A stretch of 64,000 nt of DNA, from positions 67,077 through 131,076 of the forward strand of contig CAWIYB010000003.1 of NCBI GenBank assembly GCA_963840255.1. Direction: 5' to 3'. Made by a program: the position numbers and the translations under genes. The DNA comes from an uncultured Chloroflexia bacterium. GTDB lineage: Bacteria > Chloroflexota > Anaerolineae > Anaerolineales > UBA4823. The notes under the pieces were generated by a model that made no database searches, was not told where the DNA came from, and saw only the letters and a program-made list of their open reading frames with translations. Of this stretch, positions 39,289-48,867 are shown in pieces. Position 1 is the stretch's first letter, and every line of letters starts with the position of its first letter.

Positions 39289-40503
39289 TTGGATATGGAT
39301 AATTTGCATCAAAAAAGCTTAGCGTATTTACATCAATTATGTGGTGAGATAACAGACCGGAGTGTTGGCAGTGATGGCAATCGCCTCGCCACCCAATACT
39401 TCCAGGAATGCATCACATCATTGGGATGGGCAGTGGAGACGCAGGAATTCGATGCTATGGATTGGATTGACGGCGGGGCAAGCTTGGTATGCGGCGAAGA
39501 TAAATTTCAAGTGTATGTCAGTCCGTATTCTCTTGGCTGCCTGGTCGAAGGGAAGCTTATCGGTATCTCAAACGTAGATGAACTGGAACGTGCAAAGATT
39601 GCCGGCAGCCTGGTGCTTTTGCATGGAGAAATTGCCAGGGAACAGCTCATGCCAAAGAATTTCGTATTCTATAACCCTGAGGAACATCAACACATCATCT
39701 CGCTGCTGGAAAAAGGCGATCCAAAAGCGATCCTCTGTGCCACCGGAAGAAATGCCTCTCTTGCTGGCGGTGTTTATCCATTTCCATTGATTGAAGATGG
39801 CGATTTTGATCTCCCCTCAGTTTACATGACTGAAGAGGAGGGTAATAAACTTCTTGGTTTTTCAGGAAAAACCGTCACCTTACAATCCACTTCTAAACGC
39901 ATACCCGGCAAAGGCTATAACGTGATTGCCCGAATTGGCAATCCATCTGGTAGGCGCATCGCGATCACTGCCCATATCGATGCCAAGAAAGGCACTCCAG
40001 GAGCGATCGATAATGCCAGTGGCGTGGTGGTGTTATTGCTGCTGGCGGATGTGTTGAAAGACTATACTGGAAACAACCTGGTTGAGATCGTGGCATTAAA
40101 TGGTGAAGATTATTATGCCGTACCAGGTCAGATGCGCTATATCCAGGATTACCAGGACCGGTTTACCGAGATTATATTGAATATTAATATCGACGGGGCA
40201 GGGTATAAAGACGGCTTGTCTGCCTTTTCGTTCTATAGTTTACCTGAAGATATGGATCAGAAGATCAAGGAAGTCATCAGCCATTTTGGTGGAATTACCG
40301 AAGGTGCGCAATGGGTGCAGGGAGACCACAGCATCTTTATCCAAAATGGCTGCCCTGCCGTGGCAGTCTCATCGGACTGGTTCACCGACCACATCGATAG
40401 CCAGCAAATCACCCATACCCCCAAAGATAATATCGAAATTGTTGACTGTCAAAAATTGGTGGAGATAGCCCAGGCGCTGAATACATTTTTGCGAAATTAC
40501 TGA
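39289..40503 (+). CDS. M28 family metallopeptidase with PA-like domain
   Basis: TAHID, GAIDNASG, NGED, NID, GDH..F, HTPKD. Confidence 0.88.
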   Translation: MDMDNLHQKSLAYLHQLCGEITDRSVGSDGNRLATQYFQECITSLGWAVETQEFDAMDWIDGGASLVCGEDKFQVYVSPYSLGCLVEGKLIGISNVDELERAKIAGSLVLLHGEIAREQLMPKNFVFYNPEEHQHIISLLEKGDPKAILCATGRNASLAGGVYPFPLIEDGDFDLPSVYMTEEEGNKLLGFSGKTVTLQSTSKRIPGKGYNVIARIGNPSGRRIAITAHIDAKKGTPGAIDNASGVVVLLLLADVLKDYTGNNLVEIVALNGEDYYAVPGQMRYIQDYQDRFTEIILNINIDGAGYKDGLSAFSFYSLPEDMDQKIKEVISHFGGITEGAQWVQGDHSIFIQNGCPAVAVSSDWFTDHIDSQQITHTPKDNIEIVDCQKLVEIAQALNTFLRNY

Positions 40504-40552
40504 CCTGTTTTCTGTGCCCTCCTAATTCAAATCAGGCAAAACTGGTCATAAG

Positions 40553-41155
40553 ATGCCTGAACAACCAGCCCTCACGATCGTCAACGTCGGTTACCTCTCC
40601 ACCAATTACTGGGTGGTGAGTGCGGGCAGGTCGCGCATCCTGGTAGACTTGGGATACCCGGGCACGATGGGCACCATGCGATCCAGGCTTAAGCAGATGG
40701 ATATCCCCCTCGATGAGATCCGCTATGCGCTGGCAACCCACTACCACATCGACCATGCCGGTTTGGCTCAGGAGCTCAAGCTGGCAGGGGTATCCTTGCT
40801 GGTGCTAAATGTGCAGGTAGCGGCGATTCCGCTGATGAAACAGTTTACCAAACCGCAGGACCATTACGTGGAGGTCTCTCTGGAAGGCAACGTGGTCATC
40901 GCTCCAAATGAGAGTCGTGCCTTGCTCGCCCAGGTGGGCATTCCTGGTGAGATCCTGAACACTCCCGGTCACTCGCATGACAGTGTCTCACTGCTGCTCG
41001 ATAACGGCTCAGTCTTCACCGGTGACCTGACGCCTTATGAGCTGGCGTGGGGAGAGACTGCAGACATGGTGACTGCCAGCTGGCATCTGTTGAAGGAGAA
41101 AGGCGCAACTCGCGTTTATCCAGCCCACGGGGTAATACGGGCGATAGATATATAA
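40553..41155 (+). CDS. Metallo-beta-lactamase fold hydrolase
   Basis: THYHIDH, TPGHS, FTGD, PAHG. Confidence 0.9.
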   Translation: MPEQPALTIVNVGYLSTNYWVVSAGRSRILVDLGYPGTMGTMRSRLKQMDIPLDEIRYALATHYHIDHAGLAQELKLAGVSLLVLNVQVAAIPLMKQFTKPQDHYVEVSLEGNVVIAPNESRALLAQVGIPGEILNTPGHSHDSVSLLLDNGSVFTGDLTPYELAWGETADMVTASWHLLKEKGATRVYPAHGVIRAIDI

Positions 41156-41225
41156 CTTATCCTGTTACTGATGATGAGCAATTATCAGTCGTAAAGCGAG
41201 TATTTAATCCGGATTTGAAACAGAA

Positions 41226-41264
41226 TTGACAATAATTCGGTTTGTAGATACAATGTAATTACAT
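41226..41264 (+). promoter_or_regulatory. Sigma70 promoter and toxin-antitoxin operator palindrome
   Basis: TTGACA-N17-TACAAT; ATGTAATTACAT at 41253-41264. Confidence 0.7.
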
Positions 41265-41279
41265 ATTGGAGAGAATAGC

Positions 41280-41540
41280 ATGGGCACAACGATTCGCTCA
41301 AAAGTAGTAAAAATTGGTAATTCACGCGGCGTTCGCATCCCACGTACCCTTCTGGAGCAGGCTGGGTTAGCAAATGACGTCGAAATGACAGTTGAAGGAA
41401 ATAATCTCATCATTCATTCAATCCACCATCCCCGTAACGGTTGGGAAAACCTGTTCAAAGCGATGGCAGTTAATGGTGATGACCATTTGCTTGATACCGT
41501 TACACCGACACAATGGGAGCAAGATGAGTGGGAATGGTAA
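41280..41540 (+). CDS. AbrB/MazE-type antitoxin
   Basis: KIGNSRGVRIP; acidic W-rich C-terminus. Confidence 0.9.
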   Translation: MGTTIRSKVVKIGNSRGVRIPRTLLEQAGLANDVEMTVEGNNLIIHSIHHPRNGWENLFKAMAVNGDDHLLDTVTPTQWEQDEWEW

Positions 41541-41857
41541 TACACAGGTTCGATGTCTTTCTAGTTAATCTGGACCCAACTCTTGGGAAAGAGATACAAA
41601 AGACTCGTCCTTGTTTGATCATTTCCCCAGACGAGATGAATGATTATATTGCTACGGTTATTATTGCTCCGATGACGACTAAAGGGCGAGATTATCCAAC
41701 ACGGGTACCATGTAAATTTGAGGGGAAAGATGGACAAATCGTATTGGATCAAATTCGCACTGTAGATAAGTCAAGGTTGGTCAAACGGCTTGGAAAAATT
41801 AGTCTCAGCACTCAGAAAAAAGTATTGATCGTCTTATCCGAAATATTTTCTGAGTAA
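41528..41857 (+). CDS. PemK/MazF family endoribonuclease toxin
   Basis: LDPTLG.EIQKTRPCLIIS, DQIRTVDKSRL. Confidence 0.93.
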   Translation: MGMVIHRFDVFLVNLDPTLGKEIQKTRPCLIISPDEMNDYIATVIIAPMTTKGRDYPTRVPCKFEGKDGQIVLDQIRTVDKSRLVKRLGKISLSTQKKVLIVLSEIFSE

Positions 41858-41946
41858 CACACACCAACGCAGTAAAACATCTTAATTGATTTTATCGGTC
41901 TGGCGAGCGTATAATTCCTCTCCCAGCATCATTAATCATTTCCTCA

Positions 41947-41975
41947 TTGACATTATTACGTAATACTGTTATAAT
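41947..41975 (+). promoter_or_regulatory. Perfect consensus sigma70 promoter with palindromic operator in the spacer
   Basis: TTGACA-N17-TATAAT; ACA-T-TATTACGTAATA-C-TGT at 41950-41969. Confidence 0.8.
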
Positions 41976-42028
41976 AGTTATTATCCCGGGTTTCTCAGAA
42001 AGAAAAAATTTAAACAGGAATTCCAATT

Positions 42029-42658
42029 ATGACAACTGAAGAATTACTAATCCATCAACTGGCAGCACGCGCCGGAATTTCCGTCCGGACCATCCGCTAC
42101 TACATCGAAGAAGGGCTATTACCTCAGCCAAGTTATCAGGGGAAGTATTCCTACTACACCCTGAATTACCTTGACCGGTTGGAGCTCATCCGCAGGCTGA
42201 AAGAATCATATCTGCCTCTGCGCGAAATTCGCGAGATCATGACCTCACTCTCTGATGAGGAGGTACGAGTAAAACTCAAAGATCAGCCCAGCTCCAACCA
42301 GATGTCATTAGCTGACCCAATCCAAGCCGCTCCCAGCGGGAAACCTGGAGAACAAGCGCTGCGCTACATCAACCAGCTGATGGATGATCAGACGAAATAT
42401 AAGTCGAAAGGGATTGATAACAAAACTAATTTAAATTTATTCGGCCACAAAGAAGTTTTACCCCAGGTAAGAATCAGCTCACCGGATGCCTCATCGACAA
42501 CACCTGAAGAGGAAACCTGGCAGCGCATCTCCCTCGCCCCCGGGGTTGAGCTGCATCTGCGCCAGCCCTTGGATCCTGATACGAACAGCCGGGTCTGGCA
42601 GGTAATCCAATATGCAAAAAGAATGTTCACCATCAAGTCTCAAGGAGGGACCAAATGA
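42029..42658 (+). CDS. MerR-type HTH regulator
   Basis: LAARAGISVRTIRYYIEEGLLP; C-terminal W.RI.LAPGVELH. Confidence 0.85.
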   Translation: MTTEELLIHQLAARAGISVRTIRYYIEEGLLPQPSYQGKYSYYTLNYLDRLELIRRLKESYLPLREIREIMTSLSDEEVRVKLKDQPSSNQMSLADPIQAAPSGKPGEQALRYINQLMDDQTKYKSKGIDNKTNLNLFGHKEVLPQVRISSPDASSTTPEEETWQRISLAPGVELHLRQPLDPDTNSRVWQVIQYAKRMFTIKSQGGTK

Positions 42659-43902
42659 AAGAAATTACTCTTAGTATTAAGTTAAATCAAGACAAGCAGT
42701 TAATTTCAAAAGAAGCAGCCACCCAGCGCATTCTTGAAATTCGCTTGCAAGCCCCGCTGGCCTCAGCGGAGGTCAGCAAACCCAGGCTCAATCTGGCATT
42801 GGTACTGGACCGCAGTGGTTCGATGGCAGGTGAAAAACTGGAATACGCTAAGCAGGCTGCCATCCATGTGCTCGATCTATTGCAGAAGGAAGACCAGGCG
42901 GCTTTAGTGGTTTATGACGACAGGGTCCAGGTTTTATCCCCCAGCCTGAGTGTTACCAACGGCAACCGCTTTGAGCTGAAACAGTTGATCGCCAGAGTTG
43001 AATCGGGAGGTTCGACCAATCTCTGCGATGGCTGGCTTACTGGATGCAAGTCAATTGCTGCCTCAGCCCGGGAAGACACCATCAACCGCACCATGCTGCT
43101 TACCGATGGGCAAGCCAACGTTGGCGTAACCGACCTGGAAATCCTCGCCGCACATGCGTTTGAGCTTTACAAGGATACGATCTCCACGTCTGCATTTGGG
43201 GTCGGGTATGGGTTTAACGAACACTTGCTCGAGGCCATGGCGAACAAAGGTGGAGGGAATTTCTATTTCATAGAGCACCCCGACCAGATACCGCAGATTT
43301 TCCTCAAGGAATTCGATCAGCTCGTTGGCATCGCCGTCCGCAAGGTTGAGATCAAGCTTGAGCTTCCAGCCTCCATCGAATGGCAGATCTTGGGTGGTTG
43401 GTCAACGGAATATAAAAATGGCACTTTGCACATCTATGTCGGTGATATGCTGGCGGGGAAAATGCAGGATATTTACTTGAAGCTGCAAATCCCGGCGGAT
43501 GTAAACGCGGGCAAGCTTGCATTGAGCGCCAAAGCATTCGGTCAGGGTGAACCCGGACAGCTGTTTGAAGATCAAGCTGAGCTGGACTTCCAATATGCTG
43601 GCAGTTCAGATGTCGACCAGGCACCTGAGAACAAAGAGCTGATGGAACGTTTCAGCCTGGTAGATCTGGCAGAGACCGCGGCCGAAGCATTAAAACTGGA
43701 GCGAAAGGGGCAGCGGGATGAAGCCAACAGAATGCTCAATCAAAGTCTGAACCGCAACCGACCCTATATCTCCCTGCAGGAAGACACTAATTATCAGGGT
43801 ATGTCCACCAGGATGAAGCAAGGCATGACCGAAGCCGACCGAAAACGGTCGCATTCTGAAAGCTACCTGCAGCGCAGGAGCAAGGAAAATAATGAGAAAT
43901 AA
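42655..43902 (+). CDS. VWA domain protein
   Basis: MIDAS DRSGS, GGST, LLTDG.AN; ATGA-coupled to the MerR gene. Confidence 0.9.
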   Translation: MKEITLSIKLNQDKQLISKEAATQRILEIRLQAPLASAEVSKPRLNLALVLDRSGSMAGEKLEYAKQAAIHVLDLLQKEDQAALVVYDDRVQVLSPSLSVTNGNRFELKQLIARVESGGSTNLCDGWLTGCKSIAASAREDTINRTMLLTDGQANVGVTDLEILAAHAFELYKDTISTSAFGVGYGFNEHLLEAMANKGGGNFYFIEHPDQIPQIFLKEFDQLVGIAVRKVEIKLELPASIEWQILGGWSTEYKNGTLHIYVGDMLAGKMQDIYLKLQIPADVNAGKLALSAKAFGQGEPGQLFEDQAELDFQYAGSSDVDQAPENKELMERFSLVDLAETAAEALKLERKGQRDEANRMLNQSLNRNRPYISLQEDTNYQGMSTRMKQGMTEADRKRSHSESYLQRRSKENNEK

Positions 43903-44006
43903 CGAGCAGTTCTGCTTTTAGGCGATTATAGTGTTAGAATTGATCATTAACGGAACATAAGCAGCGATTTTACGGATCGGTTATTTCAAACTGGGGGGTC
44001 CGTTGT

Positions 44007-44042
44007 GAAGCGCTCTGTGCGCAATAGCGTGGAGAGCGCTTC
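44007..44042. terminator. Hairpin of the GCGCTCT/AGAGCGC family
   Basis: GAAGCGCTCT...AGAGCGCTTC. Confidence 0.5.
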
Positions 44043-44088
44043 TGATTTAATCAACAGTTTGGTCAGCTATAATTACCATCGATAAACT

Positions 44089-44850
44089 ATGCTGCAAGCT
44101 CGAATGGAACTCACCTCAGGTAGACCAACGGTCTTTTTTATCGGCACCTCCGGGTGGACTTATGACCACTGGAAAGACCGTTTTTATCCCCACGATTTAC
44201 CCAAGAAAAGCTGGTTTGATTATTACGCCGAAAAATTTTCAACAGTCGAGGTGAATGCCACCTTCTATCGCAGCTTCAAGGACCAGACCTACCACAAATG
44301 GCGCGAACGCGCACCGTCGGGTTTCAGCTTCGTGCTTAAAGCCCCCCAGTTGATCACCCATCGCAAAAATTTGCTGGGTATAGATGAGGATATCCAGGCA
44401 TTCTACCAATCGTGTTCAATCCTTGGAGAAAAGTTCGAAATGATCCTGCTCCAGGTGGCTCCTGACACGCCATATGACCCTGCCCGCTTGCACAAGGCAT
44501 TATGCGCATTCCCCGACCCAACCAGGGTGGCTGTGGAATTCCGCCGGACTGAATGGCTCAACCAGGAGACGCTGAGCCTGCTGCGGGAGCTGGGTGTGAC
44601 CATCTGCAATGTGGATTCACCCCAACAGCGGCTTACTGGCAGCCTGACATCAAGCCGGGCATACCTGCGGCTCCATGGGCGGAATAATTGGTACGCCTAT
44701 AATTACTCGCATGAGGAGCTGGTCCAAATTGCTGAGCTTTCCCGAGGATTAGTCCAGCAAGGGGCAAGCCGGGTATATATTTTCTTCAATAATGACTTCG
44801 AAGGCTACGCACCCGCCAACGCCCTGGCATTGCGGCGCATGCTTGAGTGA
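44089..44850 (+). CDS. DUF72 family protein
   Basis: IGTSGW, VEVNATFY, AVEFR, YLRLHG, FFNND. Confidence 0.92.
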   Translation: MLQARMELTSGRPTVFFIGTSGWTYDHWKDRFYPHDLPKKSWFDYYAEKFSTVEVNATFYRSFKDQTYHKWRERAPSGFSFVLKAPQLITHRKNLLGIDEDIQAFYQSCSILGEKFEMILLQVAPDTPYDPARLHKALCAFPDPTRVAVEFRRTEWLNQETLSLLRELGVTICNVDSPQQRLTGSLTSSRAYLRLHGRNNWYAYNYSHEELVQIAELSRGLVQQGASRVYIFFNNDFEGYAPANALALRRMLE

Positions 44851-44920
44851 ACCCGTAATTACCAACTACTTCATACATTAGGTTCCTCAAATATCGAATT
44901 TCCAAATCGGATCACATACT

Positions 44921-45098
44921 TGTCATTGCGGTTATCCCCGCTTTATTTCGGGGAAAAGACCAGTGCTCTTCTGGTCATGAAGCAATCTTCCTCTTTCAAA
45001 ATAACTCAATCAAGCAATATCCAGATACTGTAGAAACCCAACCTTCCTTTTTATCATCGCGTTTATCCCCGTAGATTTTCGGGGAGCAATCTTCCTCT
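44921..45098. repeat. Two degenerate copies of a short palindromic repeat
   Basis: 44921-44994 and 45052-45098 share TCAT(T/C)GCG-TTATCCCCG..TTTCGGGGA..AGCAATCTTCCTCT. Confidence 0.65.
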
Positions 45099-45105
45099 GA
45101 CAATA

Positions 45106-45134
45106 TTGACAAATCAATGTAGTTCGACTACAAT
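45106..45134 (+). promoter_or_regulatory. Sigma70 promoter with overlapping operator-like palindrome
   Basis: TTGACA-N17-TACAAT; TGTAGT-TCG-ACTACA at 45118-45132. Confidence 0.6.
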
Positions 45135-45348
45135 TGTTAGAGGGGTACTATAATTTGCTGTGTAATATAAACACCTGCCCGAGGTGGTAACACCAACACC
45201 ACCTTGTTAATAATAGACTATCTGAAAATCAACTACTGCAAGCGGCTCACAGCTCCCCCGCATGGATTGGGATGGCGGCTTGTCCATCGATTTCGTTTTC
45301 AGCAGTTGACATTTTGTTTTATTTAGTAATATAAAGAGGTTACTTACC

Positions 45349-46767
45349 ATGACAACACCCATCCTTACACCGTCAGATAGCTTGCGTGTATATGATGATA
45401 TCCTGAAAACGATCGGTAAAACTCCTCTGGTTCGGTTAAGGCACCTGGCGAAGGATCTGCCTTGCCCGGTTTATGCCAAGGTGGAATATTTCAACCCGGG
45501 TGGCTCGGTTAAGGACCGTATTGCGGTCAATATCATCGAGCAAGCTGAAAGAAGTGGACGACTTAAGCCGGGAGGGACGGTCGTGGAGGCCACCTCTGGC
45601 AATACCGGCCTCGGTCTGGCGATGGTTTGTGCCATAAAAGGCTACAAAGCAGTCTTCGTTTTGCCGGATAAAATGAGCCAGGAGAAGATCCAGCTTCTGC
45701 GCGCCTATGGGGCACGCGTGGTGATCACACCCACAGCCGTCGCCCCGGATGACCCACGTTCGAACATCAGCGTTTCAAAACGCATCGTGGAGGAAACTCC
45801 CAACGCCATCCTGGCAAACCAGTACCACAACCCCGAAAACCCGCGCAGCCACTATCTCACCACCGGCCCTGAAATCTGGGAGCAGACGGGTGGCATGGTT
45901 ACCGATGTGGTGTTGGGGATGGGCACAGGCGGCACAATCAGCGGTGTCGGGCGTTATCTCAAGGAACAAAATCCCAGCGTCCGTATCATCGGTGTAGACC
46001 CGGTGGGCTCGCTGCTAATGGAAACCTGGCAGCAAGGGCACATCCCGGAAGATATCAAGCCCAAAACCTATAAAGTCGAGGGCATTGGTGAAGACTTCAT
46101 TCCTTCCAGCCTGGATATGTCGGTGATAGACGGCGTGATCCAGGTTGGGGACAAAGAATCTTTCAGCTGGGCGCGCCGCCTGGTTAAAGAGGAAGGCATC
46201 TTTTGCGGCGGCTCATCGGGGTCAGCCCTGGCTGCTGCCATGCAATATGGCGCGACCCTTACCTCCGACCACCTCCTGGTGGTGCTTCTGCCCGATTCGG
46301 GCACCCGCTACCTGTCAAAATTCTACGATGACAAGTGGATGCGCGAAAATGGCTTCATGGAGGCAGAGTGGTGTGAAGCGTCGCTGAAGGAGGTCTTGTC
46401 GGTAAAACCGGGCAGGGTATTGATCACCGCCCATGTCACCGACCGTCTGACCGATGTGATCGCCGCGATGAAGGCTCATGATATCTCCCAAATGCCGGTG
46501 CTCAGCCAAAACGAATCCTTGGCTGGATTGGTGACCGAGATTGACCTGCTCAAGTATCTGGTCGAAGATAACCACGCTCAACATCCCGAGGAGACGGTTT
46601 CTGCCATCATGCGCCTCGCTCACAACGTCTTCCCCTCCAGTACCACGGTTGAAACCATTCTGCCCACCATCATGGAAGACCAGGTGGTGCTGGTCACTGA
46701 AGACAGTCATCCCATCGGCATCCTGACCAAGATTGATCTGCTCGATTTCATCACCCAGGGCATGTAA
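45349..46767 (+). CDS. Cystathionine beta-synthase with C-terminal CBS domains
   Basis: NPGGSVKDR, TSGNTG, GMGTGGT, EGIG, PDSG.RYLSK. Confidence 0.92.
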   Translation: MTTPILTPSDSLRVYDDILKTIGKTPLVRLRHLAKDLPCPVYAKVEYFNPGGSVKDRIAVNIIEQAERSGRLKPGGTVVEATSGNTGLGLAMVCAIKGYKAVFVLPDKMSQEKIQLLRAYGARVVITPTAVAPDDPRSNISVSKRIVEETPNAILANQYHNPENPRSHYLTTGPEIWEQTGGMVTDVVLGMGTGGTISGVGRYLKEQNPSVRIIGVDPVGSLLMETWQQGHIPEDIKPKTYKVEGIGEDFIPSSLDMSVIDGVIQVGDKESFSWARRLVKEEGIFCGGSSGSALAAAMQYGATLTSDHLLVVLLPDSGTRYLSKFYDDKWMRENGFMEAEWCEASLKEVLSVKPGRVLITAHVTDRLTDVIAAMKAHDISQMPVLSQNESLAGLVTEIDLLKYLVEDNHAQHPEETVSAIMRLAHNVFPSSTTVETILPTIMEDQVVLVTEDSHPIGILTKIDLLDFITQGM

Positions 46768-46769
46768 CC

Positions 46770-47925
46770 ATGACCCAGGAGAAGCAAATTATGGAATTCG
46801 AAACCGCCTGCGTCCATGCTGGTCAGCCCCCTGACCCCACCACAGGTGCGGTTATGACCCCCATTTACCAGACCTCCACATATATTCAGGATCGGGTCGG
46901 GGTGCATCGAGGCTACGATTACGCCCGTACCGCTAACCCCACCCGCACCGCTCTTGAATCATGTTTGTCTGCCCTGGAAGGTGGTCAATTCGGCCTGGCA
47001 TTCGCCTCGGGCATGGCAGCCATCGACACCACCTTGCGCCTCTTATCACCGGGTGATCACGTCCTGGTGGGTAATGATGTCTACGGGGGTACTTATCGCC
47101 TTTTCGAGCGCGTGCTGCATCCTTACGGGCTTGTTTTCTCGTACATCGACACCCGCGACCCTGACCAGGTGAGCTCGAACTTGCGTCCCAAAACCCGCAT
47201 GCTCTGGCTCGAGACGCCCTCGAACCCTTTGCTGATGGCTGAGTGACGTCTCTGCCTTGGCTGGAGTGGCTCACGCTAATTCCCGCCAGGTTTTAGTGGT
47301 TGTGGATAATACCTTTGCCACTCCCTACTTACAGCGACCGCTGCTTTTGGGTGCCGATTTGGTGGTGCATTCATCCACCAAGTACCTGGGCGGTCATTCG
47401 GATGTCGTCGGGGGTGCAGTGGTGGGGAAAGATAAAACATTGGGTGAACGCCTGGCATTTTTACAGAACGCGGTCGGCGCAGTGCCAGGACCGATGGATT
47501 GTTTCCTTGTCCTGCGAGGTATAAAAACCCTGCCGGTGCGCATGGATCGCCACGCTCAAAATGCAGCCAGGGTTGCAGATTTCCTGCAGGCTCACCCCAA
47601 GGTGACCCAGGTCATCTATCCGTTCCACCCATCACACCCTCAGGTGCAGCTTGCCCGTCGGCAGATGCGCTCAGGTGGTGGAATGGTATCCTTCACCTTG
47701 AAAGGTGGGGCAAAGGAAGCGATTAACGTGGCTGAAAGCACCCACCATTTTGCCCTGGCTGAAAGCCTGGGAGGGGTGGAATCACTCATCGAAGTACCGG
47801 CAGCCATGACGCATGCTTCTACGGTAAATTCTCCCCTGGCGATCGATTCCAGCCTGGTGCGTCTATCCGTCGGGCTTGAAAATATCGATGATTTGCTGGC
47901 AGACTTATCACAGGCACTTGGTTAG
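46770..47925 (+). pseudogene. Cystathionine gamma-lyase/synthase split by a +1 frameshift near 47236
   Basis: YAR..NPT, FASGMAA, ETPSNP in the first frame; DNTFATP, HSSTKYLGGHSD, AESLGG in the next frame. Confidence 0.85.
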
Positions 47926-47936
47926 GAGCATACGAT

Positions 47937-48635
47937 ATGATCAATAATTCCCTCCATCCATGGACGCTCGACCCGGACGAAGCCATCCGCCTGCAGGAAG
48001 ACTTACGCCACAGGCTGGTGCTGGACTGGGACGGTCGCATGGTAAACAAGGTTGGCGGCGTAGCAGTTAATGAAATTGATGGTTCGGTGCAGGCTGCCAT
48101 CACCGTCCTTCACTACCCCCAACTGACCTCGGTCGCGTCATCCATCGGAGAAGCCCCGCCGGGGTATCCATATATTCCAGGTCTGCTCATCTATCGCGTG
48201 GGTCCTGCCATATTGAATGCCTGGGAAAAGCTGGCGGATAAACCAGATTTACTTCTGGTACAGGCTCACGGCTTAGCACACCCCCGTGGGATGGGCATGG
48301 CTTCTCATCTGGGGTTGTGGCTGAATATCCCCACCATTGGAGTGGCCAAAACCCTGCTCTATGGACGCGAATCAGTTGCTCCCATGAAGGTGGGTGATTG
48401 GACTGAGCTTCTGGATGAACACAGTCCCAGGCTGGTCATTGGTGCCATACTGCGCACCTGCGATAGTGCCAAACCGGTTTACGTTTCGGCAGGTCATTTA
48501 ATCGACCTGGCGCATTCCATTTCGTTTGTGCGTGATTGCTGCCGGGGTAATCGTTTACCGGAGCCAATCCGTGGTGCACAAAAAATGGCTCGTGCCGGCG
48601 AGCAGGTTAGCATAAACATGGAGCCGCGGACTTAA
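47937..48635 (+). CDS. Endonuclease V homolog lacking catalytic residues
   Basis: PYIPGLL, HPR..G.ASHLG, PTIGVAK, PVYVSAG, RLPEP retained. Confidence 0.85.
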   Translation: MINNSLHPWTLDPDEAIRLQEDLRHRLVLDWDGRMVNKVGGVAVNEIDGSVQAAITVLHYPQLTSVASSIGEAPPGYPYIPGLLIYRVGPAILNAWEKLADKPDLLLVQAHGLAHPRGMGMASHLGLWLNIPTIGVAKTLLYGRESVAPMKVGDWTELLDEHSPRLVIGAILRTCDSAKPVYVSAGHLIDLAHSISFVRDCCRGNRLPEPIRGAQKMARAGEQVSINMEPRT

Positions 48636-48867
48636 TTTATTTCTCGAAATTAGCCCGGTACAGGCCTGGGGGGAAATCCTGACCTGATATGAAGGTTTGA
48701 TTCCGTCATCACGCCTCAGCTGGATCTGCCCACTCTTTAGTTTTTAATAAAACCAGCTGTATTCCAAATTTTTATTCTTTCTTGACCCTTTTTAGCCAAT
48801 CATTGCCATTAAATTGACCTGGATGGCGATATAGTAGGTGGGTAAATTAATCGATTTGAGGTTGCCT

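Noticed and set aside
33800-41900. Integron cassette array (many short co-oriented genes plus a toxin-antitoxin pair)
   Set aside because: No repeated attC-like RYYYAAC...GTTRRRY structures and no integrase were seen; several genes have their own promoters or terminators.
42029-42658. MerR gene as the mercury regulator of the MerB-like gene
   Set aside because: It lies 41 kb away, has no Cys residues for Hg binding and is coupled to a VWA gene.
44921-45098. CRISPR array
   Set aside because: Only two degenerate copies of unequal length, no regular spacers and no cas genes.
45181-45204. T-box or SAM riboswitch upstream of the CBS gene
   Set aside because: GGTGGTAACACC only loosely resembles a T-box; no specifier stem, terminator or SAM-I core was recognised. 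Kept only as an unclassified leader.
47244-47246. TGA in the cystathionine gamma-lyase gene as selenocysteine
   Set aside because: Homology continues in a different frame, so this is a frameshift and not readthrough.
48770-48793. T-rich KdpE-binding box upstream of the kdp operon
   Set aside because: The position is plausible, but the sequence is too low in complexity to call by eye.
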